Below, piece after piece: positions 56,897 through 64,000 of a stretch of DNA of 64,000 bases. The notes below the pieces were generated by a model. The model was not told the DNA's origin. It saw only the letters and a list, made by a program, of their open reading frames with translations, and searched no databases. The stretch spans positions 28,611 through 92,610 of the forward strand of contig CAYLPQ010000002.1 in assembly GCA_964385605.1 (NCBI GenBank). Direction: 5' to 3'. Both the position numbers and the translations under genes were made by a program. Origin of the DNA: an uncultured Oscillospiraceae bacterium (GTDB lineage: Bacteria > Bacillota > Clostridia > UMGS1883). Each line of letters begins with the position of its first letter. Within the stretch, counting starts at the first letter, position 1.

Positions 56897-58032
56897 TGAA
56901 ATCAGCATCTTTGAATAAACTTTCCTTTTACCTCCAGATGCTTAAAGCGCGTTATGGTGAGGGAGAGTATTTTGTTGAAATAAATATCAGCTTTAAATCC
57001 GGAACAAAGATTTTTCCTGCATCGGTGAAGAAAGAGGACGATGGACTTGTATTTTCATATTCAGGTAAAAAAGAGCCTTTTGAATGGGAAAAGATTACCG
57101 ATGCTGCAAAGAATTATGACAGTATGCAGCTTGTATATAAGGAACGTGGTACCGATGCTGTGATTCTGGCAGATGACAGAAATGTATCTCTTAAATACGA
57201 GGATGCTGCAGAGGTAACAAAGAGTACCACTGCAACAGTTGGTGAGCGCAAGTATATAATTGCACCTCCCAAGGCTGACAGCCTCCTTAAGGAAATCGGC
57301 ATAATGGCGGAAAACGGCAAGATTAAAAACGATATGATACGCAAATACAATCAGATAGACCACTTTGTGGAGCTGATTGCCGATCATCTTAAGAAGCTCG
57401 ACGGAAAGATAGAGGTGCTTGATTGTGCCTGCGGTAAAAGTTATTTGTCATTTGCGCTTAACTATTACCTTAAGGATGTACTGAAAAAGGACTGTCATAT
57501 AACGGGTGTTGACTATTCCAAGGTTGTTATAGATGCGTCAAAAAGAATGGCAAAAAACCTCGGCTACACAAATATGACTTTTATAGAGGCAGATTTGACT
57601 GTATTCAAGCCTGAAAGAACACCTGATGTTGTTATAAGCCTTCATGCCTGTGATACGGCTACGGATATGGCAATAGGGGCAGGAATAAACGCAGGGGCGA
57701 AGGCTATCTTCGCAGTGCCCTGCTGTCATAAAGAGCTTCTTTCCCAGTATTCTTACGAGCCTTTTGCACCGCTTTTAAAATACGGCATTTTCAAGGCAAG
57801 ACAGGCAGATTTGCTGACGGATTCACTCCGTTGTCTGGCTTTAGAAGCGGCAGGATATTCCGTTACGGCACAGGAGTATATTTCGCCTGTAGAAACCCCG
57901 AAGAATCTTCTTATAAAGGCATTTAAAGACGGAAAAAATCAGCAGAAGGCAAGAAAAGAATATTTTGAACTTAAAAATATGCTTGGAATTAATCCCAAGC
58001 TGGCAACACTTATTGGTTTGGAGGACAACTGA
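56897..58032 (+). CDS. Class I SAM-dependent methyltransferase
   Basis: VLDCACGKSYLSF (motif I) and ISLHACDTATD. The start is probably ATG 56897 after GAGAGG. Confidence 0.7.
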
Positions 58033-58580
58033 TGCAGGACTTTTCAGAAAAGACAGTAAAGCAGGAATATATGTTTAAAGGGGAGATTATCAACCTCCGT
58101 GTTGACACGGTAACAACTCCGTCGGGTAACACTGCAACACGTGAGCTTGTAGAACATCCGGGCGGAGTATGTGTAGTCCCCCTTGATGATGACGGAAATG
58201 TAATTATGGAGTGGCAGTATCGCCGCCCTTTTGATACAAACACCTTTGAAATCCCCGCAGGAAAGCTCACTCCCGGAGAGGATCCTCTTGAATGCGGCAA
58301 GCGCGAGCTTGAAGAAGAAACAGGGATGAGGGCAAATAATTACATATACCTTGGAAAGATGCTTCCCACACCGGGATTTTGTTACGAGGTAGTACATATG
58401 TATCTTGCAACGGGACTTTACGAGGGTGAGTTAAACCGTGACGAGGACGAATTTATGGAGGTGGTTAAAGCACCTCTTTCAGAACTTGTGGAAAAGGTGC
58501 TTTCGGGCGAAATCGTTGATGCGAAAACAGCCCTTGCTCTTATGAAAGTCAATGAAATGAAAAACAGAGGAATGATTTGA
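58032..58580 (+). CDS. NUDIX hydrolase (ADP-ribose pyrophosphatase-like)
   Basis: Nudix box GKLTPGEDPLECGKRELEEETG. A TGATG junction overlaps the preceding gene by 1 nt. Confidence 0.85.
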   Translation: MQDFSEKTVKQEYMFKGEIINLRVDTVTTPSGNTATRELVEHPGGVCVVPLDDDGNVIMEWQYRRPFDTNTFEIPAGKLTPGEDPLECGKRELEEETGMRANNYIYLGKMLPTPGFCYEVVHMYLATGLYEGELNRDEDEFMEVVKAPLSELVEKVLSGEIVDAKTALALMKVNEMKNRGMI

Positions 58581-59866
58581 TGAAGGCGGCATTTTATGCT
58601 CTCGGATGCAAAGTAAATCAATATGAAGCAGATTGCTACGCAAAGATGTTTTCGGATAAAGGCTGGGAAGTCGGCGCTTTTGACGAGGTATGTGATGTCT
58701 ACGTTATAAATACCTGCGCTATAACGAATGTGGGCGAACGTAAAAGCAGGCAGATTTTAAGACGTGCAAAGAAGCTTAATCCTGCGGCTATCGTAGTTGC
58801 AACTGGATGTTATGCTCAAACCAAAGCGGAGGAAATAAAGGATATAAAGGAAGTTGACCTTGTTCTCGGCACGGCAAACCGCTCGCAGATTACAGAGCTT
58901 ATAGAAGCAAAACTCCGGGGTGAGGATACCGACCTTTTAACCGATATAATGAAAGAAAGACTTTACGAAGAACTTGAGTGTGAGGGGAGCGAGGAGCGCA
59001 CTCGTGCATATATAAAAATCCAGGACGGATGCAATAACTTCTGCTCATACTGTATAGTCCCTTATGCAAGAGGACCTGTAAGGTCGAGAGGTATTGATAA
59101 TATAATAAAGGAAGCTGTAAGGCTTTCGGAAAAAGACTTTCGGGAAATTGTCCTTACGGGAATAAGTGTCAATTCCTATGGAAAAGACCTTAAAAACGGA
59201 CATACGTTAAAGGATGTTGTCCGTGAAGTGTGCAAGGTAGACGGAATTGAAAGAGTCCGTTTAAGCAGCATTGACCCGGGTGCGTTTGACGATGAATTTA
59301 TAGAGCTTGTGGCAAATGAGAAAAAGATGTGCAGACATTTTCATATTTCACTTCAAAGCGGCAGTACAACTGTGCTTAAAAGGATGAACAGAAAATATAC
59401 TGCACAGGAGTATCTTGAAACACTTGACAGGATTCGCACAGCAATGCCTGATGCCGGCATTACCACGGATATAATATGCGGTTTCCCCGAGGAAAGTGAA
59501 AAGGAAGTAAAAGAGACTCTTGAATTTGTGGAAAAAGCACAGTTCTTAAAGGTACACGTTTTCCCATATTCGGAGAGAAGCGGCACTGCCGCCGCTCTGA
59601 TGCCCCAGATAGACAGACACATCCGCGAGGAAAGAGCGCAGGAGCTTATAACAGTGTGTGACAAAATAGCGAAGAATGTAGAGGATAGCTTTATCGGTAA
59701 GGAAGTCAAGGTGCTTTTTGAGCAGTGCAGAAATGGTATTTCCGACGGACTTGCGGAAAATTACCTGCGTGTGTTTGCAGAGGGCGACGGACTTGACGGA
59801 GAAATAAGCAACGTCCGCATAACAGAAAGAAAAAACGGAAAGCTTTTTGGTGAAATAACGAATTAA
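58577..59866 (+). CDS. mtaB: tRNA (N6-threonylcarbamoyladenosine) methylthiotransferase, radical SAM
   Basis: N-terminal UPF0004 domain (GCKVNQYE), radical-SAM CNNFCSYC, and a C-terminal TRAM-like region. ATGA overlap with the NUDIX stop. Confidence 0.8.
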   Translation: MMKAAFYALGCKVNQYEADCYAKMFSDKGWEVGAFDEVCDVYVINTCAITNVGERKSRQILRRAKKLNPAAIVVATGCYAQTKAEEIKDIKEVDLVLGTANRSQITELIEAKLRGEDTDLLTDIMKERLYEELECEGSEERTRAYIKIQDGCNNFCSYCIVPYARGPVRSRGIDNIIKEAVRLSEKDFREIVLTGISVNSYGKDLKNGHTLKDVVREVCKVDGIERVRLSSIDPGAFDDEFIELVANEKKMCRHFHISLQSGSTTVLKRMNRKYTAQEYLETLDRIRTAMPDAGITTDIICGFPEESEKEVKETLEFVEKAQFLKVHVFPYSERSGTAAALMPQIDRHIREERAQELITVCDKIAKNVEDSFIGKEVKVLFEQCRNGISDGLAENYLRVFAEGDGLDGEISNVRITERKNGKLFGEITN

Positions 59867-59876
59867 GAGGCATGCT

Positions 59877-60716
59877 ATGGAATGGGTTTTGTTTACTCTT
59901 GTATTTGGTGTGTGCAAGGGTTTCAGAGAGGGAATAAAGAAAAAAGCTCTTGAAAAGAGCTCTACCTTTGAGGTTTTGTTCCTTTATACACTTATCGGAT
60001 TTTTACTTGTTATTCCCACTGCAAAGGATGTATTCAGTATCCCGTGGGAGTATTACTTCTTTATAAGTATAAAATCACTTGTGGTATTTACTGCGTGGAT
60101 ACTGTCGTTCAATTCAATAAAGCATATGACCGTAAGCCTTTACGGAGTAATGGATACGTCAAGGGTGGCTTTTTCTACCATTATGGGAATTACCATTATG
60201 GGTGAAAGTGCCTCCATAAGGCATATGTCGGGACTTGTGCTTGTGGTGCTTGGTCTTCTGCTTGTGAATATTCACAAAAAAGGAGAGCAGGAGGTAAAGC
60301 ATAAGTATATAATTATGACCCTTGTGTCCTGTCTTTTCAATGCCACGTCAGGAGTTATGGACAAATGGCTTACACAGACTGTCACAAGCGGTCAGCTTCA
60401 GTTTTGGTATATGCTCTTTATGACGGCGATGTACGGCATTTATATTCTGTGCTCAAAAACGAAGGTCAGCATCAGAACCCTTAAGACAAATTACTGGATA
60501 GTAATTCTTGCAGTGATTTTTATAATAGGCGACAGAGCACTTTTTATAGCTAACAGAAATCCCCACAGCCGTATTACTGTAATGACACTCATAAAACAGT
60601 CTTCTGTATTGGCGGCGGTACTTACGGGCAGAATTATGTTTAAGGAAAAAGGTACACTTCGCCGAACTCTTTGTGCGCTTCTTGTAATAGCGGGTATAAT
60701 CATAGCGGCAGTGTAA
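59877..60716 (+). CDS. EamA/DMT-family transporter
   Basis: 279 aa with about 10 hydrophobic helices arranged as two EamA-like halves. Confidence 0.7.
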   Translation: MEWVLFTLVFGVCKGFREGIKKKALEKSSTFEVLFLYTLIGFLLVIPTAKDVFSIPWEYYFFISIKSLVVFTAWILSFNSIKHMTVSLYGVMDTSRVAFSTIMGITIMGESASIRHMSGLVLVVLGLLLVNIHKKGEQEVKHKYIIMTLVSCLFNATSGVMDKWLTQTVTSGQLQFWYMLFMTAMYGIYILCSKTKVSIRTLKTNYWIVILAVIFIIGDRALFIANRNPHSRITVMTLIKQSSVLAAVLTGRIMFKEKGTLRRTLCALLVIAGIIIAAV

Positions 60717-60789
60717 AAATGCTTTACAAAAAGCTGAAAAAGCTTTATTATATAAACCGAGGGGAGTAGACCCATAAGGAGTGAATCTT

Positions 60790-61137
60790 TTGAAAAAAGG
60801 AGATTTTCTGATAGTTGCAGTTGTTGCAGTTCTGGTGATTTCCTGGTTTTTCATGTCAAAGACGGGAAGTACTGCGGCAATTTATATTGACGGAGAGCTT
60901 TATAAAGAGGCTTCTCTTTCAAAAGATGCTGAAATTAAAGTTGAGAGTAAATACGGAAAAAATACTGTTGTTATAAAAAGCGGCGAGGTAAGAATTACTG
61001 ATTCCGATTGCCTCGGAAAGGATTGTGAAAAAGGCTCGATAAGTAGGAGTGCAAGAAGTCTTGTATGCCTGCCCAACAGGCTGACAGTTATAATTGAGGG
61101 AGATAAAACAAAAGACGAAACGGATGTTGTATTATGA
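60790..61137 (+). CDS. NusG domain II-containing (DUF1312) membrane-anchored protein
   Basis: TTG 60790 lies 8 nt after AAGGAG. An N-terminal TM helix is followed by IYIDGELYKE...NTVVIKSGEVRITDSDCLGKDCEK...LVCLPNRLTVIIEG. Confidence 0.7.
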   Translation: MKKGDFLIVAVVAVLVISWFFMSKTGSTAAIYIDGELYKEASLSKDAEIKVESKYGKNTVVIKSGEVRITDSDCLGKDCEKGSISRSARSLVCLPNRLTVIIEGDKTKDETDVVL

Positions 61138-61634
61138 TTAGCAGTAAAAAAATAACAAGAGCTGCCGTTACTGTAACTATAGCGGTGCTTCTTGGCTATA
61201 TAGAAAGCCTTTTTCCGCCTATTGTTCCAATTCCCGGAATAAAAATCGGACTTGCAAATGCGGTGGTAATTATTCTTCTGTATGCTGATTCGGTAAAAAG
61301 CGCCTGGACGGTTTCGGTTTTAAAGGTTATTCTGAGCTCGGTGCTTTTTGGCACTGCAACGTCGTTTATATATAGCTTATGCGGTGCGGTAATAAGCCTT
61401 GCCGTAATGATAATAGCAAAAAAAACACGCATTTTTTCCACTGTGGGAGTAAGTAGTCTGGGTGGAATATTTCACAACCTTGCACAGCTTACCTGTGCGT
61501 ACTTCTTTGTTGGAAAGGGTGCTGTGCTGTATATGCCGATACTATGCATTTCAGGTGCAATCTGCGGTGCGCTTACGGGGGTTGCGGCACAGATGGTAAT
61601 TAAAAGGGGGAAGAATCTGTTTGGGAAAGAATGA
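61134..61634 (+). CDS. Gx transporter family membrane protein (heptaprenyl diphosphate synthase component I-like)
   Basis: 166 aa with about 5 TM helices. Its conserved pairing with the NusG_II gene comes from memory. ATGA overlap with the upstream gene. Confidence 0.6.
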   Translation: MISSKKITRAAVTVTIAVLLGYIESLFPPIVPIPGIKIGLANAVVIILLYADSVKSAWTVSVLKVILSSVLFGTATSFIYSLCGAVISLAVMIIAKKTRIFSTVGVSSLGGIFHNLAQLTCAYFFVGKGAVLYMPILCISGAICGALTGVAAQMVIKRGKNLFGKE

Positions 61635-62781
61635 TTATCTGAAGCTTTCTGACAAGAAAGCTGCTGAAATAGAAAAAACACTTGGTCTTACTGTTAAAGA
61701 GGTTATCAGACGTAACCCGGACCGTGACAGGGCAAAGCTCTGGCGCCCCTGCTATATAAGAGATATTGAAAAAATTCTTCATCATCCTTTTTATAACAGG
61801 TACACGGATAAAACACAGGTGTTTTCCTTTTATAAGGATGACGACATTACACGGCGTGCACTTCACGTTCAGTTAGTGTCAAGAATTGCAAGAAATATAG
61901 GAAGATTGCTGGGACTCGACCTTGACCTTATTGAGGCAATCGCCCTTGGTCACGATATTGGACATACACCTTTCGGTCATGCGGGAGAGAAACTTCTGGG
62001 AGAAATATATACCGCCCGTACGGGAAGATTTTTCAATCATAACGTACATAGTGTAAGGGTGCTTGACAAAATATTCAACCTTAATATAAGTCTTGATTCT
62101 CTTGACGGAATACTTTGTCATAACGGTGAGCTTGAGCTTAAGGAGTACCGTCCGTCGAAGCTTTCCGGTTTTGAAGAATTTGACAAAAAGGTGGAAGGAT
62201 GTTATATTGACAAGGACAATGTCAAAAAGCTTATTCCGTCAACCCTTGAGGGATGCGTGGTACGTGTCAGCGATATTATTGCATATCTTGGCAAAGACCG
62301 ACAGGACGCAGAGCGCGCAGGAATGGATTTTGACTATGACGGCAGCTACAATGCCTATACCATAAATAATTTTGTGGTGAATATAGTGGAAAACAGCTTC
62401 GGCAAGGATTATATACGTATGGATGATGAATACTTTGATGCACTTCGTCAGGCAAAAAGTGACAATATGCAGAGAATTTATATGTCGCAGAGCGTAAATG
62501 AACAGTATGAAAAATGCTTAAGACCTATGTTTGAGATGCTTTATGAGAAGCTGCTTGAGGGCATCGATCAGAAAGACAGCCTGATAACACGTCATCATAT
62601 TGAGTTTATAAATACGCGCCGCAGGTATTACAGCGCAGAAACCGATTATGTTGAAAGAAACTCACCTGACGACATAGTTGTGGATTATATTGCATCAATG
62701 ACAGACGATTATTTCATTGATATTTGTGCTCATCTTTTGCCTGATGCGCCAAAGGTGAAGTATACAGGATATTTTGATTGA
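61621..62781 (+). CDS. HD-domain phosphohydrolase, dGTPase-like
   Basis: RALHVQLVSRIA...ALGHDIGHTPFGHAGE is the HD signature. TTG start overlaps the previous gene. Confidence 0.75.
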   Translation: MGKNDYLKLSDKKAAEIEKTLGLTVKEVIRRNPDRDRAKLWRPCYIRDIEKILHHPFYNRYTDKTQVFSFYKDDDITRRALHVQLVSRIARNIGRLLGLDLDLIEAIALGHDIGHTPFGHAGEKLLGEIYTARTGRFFNHNVHSVRVLDKIFNLNISLDSLDGILCHNGELELKEYRPSKLSGFEEFDKKVEGCYIDKDNVKKLIPSTLEGCVVRVSDIIAYLGKDRQDAERAGMDFDYDGSYNAYTINNFVVNIVENSFGKDYIRMDDEYFDALRQAKSDNMQRIYMSQSVNEQYEKCLRPMFEMLYEKLLEGIDQKDSLITRHHIEFINTRRRYYSAETDYVERNSPDDIVVDYIASMTDDYFIDICAHLLPDAPKVKYTGYFD

Positions 62782-62796
62782 AAGGAAATTGATAGT

Positions 62797-64000
62797 ATGG
62801 AAAACAAAAAAATGGCGGAGCTTCTTTTTCCGCAGATAGACAAAACTCCCGATTATTATGAAAATCTCTACCCGGAAAGAAATCTCAAGGAGGGGGCAAA
62901 GGTAACACGTCTCGGCCCCAGTCCTACGGGATTTATACATCTCGGAAACCTTTTCGGAGCTATTACTGACGAAAGACTTGCGCATCTTTCTGACGGTGTA
63001 TTCTATCTACGTATAGAGGACACCGACAATAAGCGCGAGGTAGAGGGTGCAGTGGATGTTGTTATAAATACACTCCGTTATTTTGGCGTTGAATTTGATG
63101 AGGGCGCGCTTTCTGACGGCGAGAAAGGTGACTACGGTCCTTATCGTCAGCGCCAGAGAGCAGAAATTTATCAGACCTTTGCAAAGAGCCTTGTCGAAAG
63201 AGGTCTTGCATATCCCTGTTTTTGCAGCGAGGACGAGCTTGCCGCTATGCGTGATAAGCAGACGGAGCTCAAGGAAAACTTCGGTTACTACGGCAAGTGG
63301 GCTGTTCACAGAAATATTACAGATGATGAGGCAAAGAAGAACATAGAAGAGGGAAAGAGCTTTGTTCTCCGTTTCCGTGCTCCTGAACCAAGCGGTAAAA
63401 CATTTACTATCGTTGACGGCATCAGAGGAGAGCTTACAATGCCCGAGAATGAGCAGGATGTAGTTCTTCTTAAATCAGACGGTATCCCCACATACCATTT
63501 TGCACACGTTGTGGATGACCACCTTATGCGCACAACTCATGTAGTAAGAGGCGAGGAGTGGCTTGCAACACTTCCTATCCATGTTCAGCTTTTCCAGTAT
63601 ATGGGATGGGAAGCGCCTGTGTATTGCCACACTGCACAGCTTATGAAAATTGACAATGGTGTTAAACGTAAATTAAGTAAGCGTAAAGACCCAGAGCTTT
63701 CTCTTGATTATTATAAGAGCGAGGGCTATCTTCCCGGTGCTGTATGGGAATATCTTATGACGGTGCTTAACTCAAACTATGAACAGTGGAGAATGGACAA
63801 CCCCGAAAAAGACGTTAAAGAATTCCCGTTCACTACTGCGAAAATGGGTATCAGCGGTTCGTTGTTTGATATTGATAAGCTTAACGATGTCAGCAAGAAT
63901 TACCTTGCTACTCTTGACAGCGAAACCGTTTATAACTATATTACAGACTGGGCAAAAGAGTGCGATGAGGAATATTATAATCTTCTTACACGGGACAGAG
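62797..64000 (+). CDS. gltX: Glutamate--tRNA ligase (5' partial, runs off the window)
   Basis: ATG 62797. HIGH-type motif PSPTGFIHLGN, then RIEDTD, and the KMSKS-type motif KLSKRK at about 63670. No stop before nt 64000. Confidence 0.9.
   Translation, partial: MENKKMAELLFPQIDKTPDYYENLYPERNLKEGAKVTRLGPSPTGFIHLGNLFGAITDERLAHLSDGVFYLRIEDTDNKREVEGAVDVVINTLRYFGVEFDEGALSDGEKGDYGPYRQRQRAEIYQTFAKSLVERGLAYPCFCSEDELAAMRDKQTELKENFGYYGKWAVHRNITDDEAKKNIEEGKSFVLRFRAPEPSGKTFTIVDGIRGELTMPENEQDVVLLKSDGIPTYHFAHVVDDHLMRTTHVVRGEEWLATLPIHVQLFQYMGWEAPVYCHTAQLMKIDNGVKRKLSKRKDPELSLDYYKSEGYLPGAVWEYLMTVLNSNYEQWRMDNPEKDVKEFPFTTAKMGISGSLFDIDKLNDVSKNYLATLDSETVYNYITDWAKECDEEYYNLLTRDR

Noticed and set aside
1-64000. Looked for CRISPR arrays, rRNA genes, recognisable defence-system genes (RT, Cas, restriction/methylase, TIR, STAND NTPases) and prophage structural genes.
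   Set aside because: None were seen. The only toxin-type module is a standard chromosomal mazEF (ndoAI/ndoA-like) pair. The only repeats are the IS/MITE termini, the tRNA-derived palindrome, and the operator or terminator hairpins listed above.

Overview
This 64-kb window looks like a low-GC Firmicute, probably Clostridia. That assignment is inferred from gene content: a FabK-type FAS-II cluster, SLH proteins, a YesM/YesN-type two-component system and ndoA/mazF. It splits into three parts. (1) Nt 1-28256 is an accessory locus. It encodes seven large signal-peptide proteins, up to 1369 aa, built from repeated Ig-like (aBig-type) and LamG-like modules. Two of them carry SLH cell-wall anchors. 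The only recognisable enzyme-like parts are a metallophosphoesterase module, a PL22-like beta-propeller, a cytoplasmic GH20-like protein and a Gfo/Idh/MocA oxidoreductase. The locus has three sensing devices: an AraC-type response regulator with its histidine kinase, a 760-aa membrane-spanning AraC regulator, and an orphan solute-binding lipoprotein with no permease genes. This is my best candidate for an undescribed system. (2) Nt 28.3-37.5 kb is a patchwork. It holds a SLOG/DUF1273 plus XRE gene pair, a tRNA Lys-Thr-Asp operon next to an inverted partial tRNA-Lys copy interrupted by a 245-nt structured insert, and glyQS coupled to a glutamate-cysteine-ligase-like gene. It also holds an IS1182-family element with 19-bp perfect terminal inverted repeats, whose ends recur on a ~138-bp MITE-like element at 24.0 kb, and a mazEF module. 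(3) Nt 37.7-64 kb is mostly housekeeping: nnr, PBP1A, a fabH-acpP-fabK-fabD-fabG-fabF-fabZ-accD-accA operon with a TetR regulator and three palindromic operators, aminotransferase/Lrp, mtaB and gltX. All calls rest on reading the ORF translations and the DNA by eye. No database search was run.
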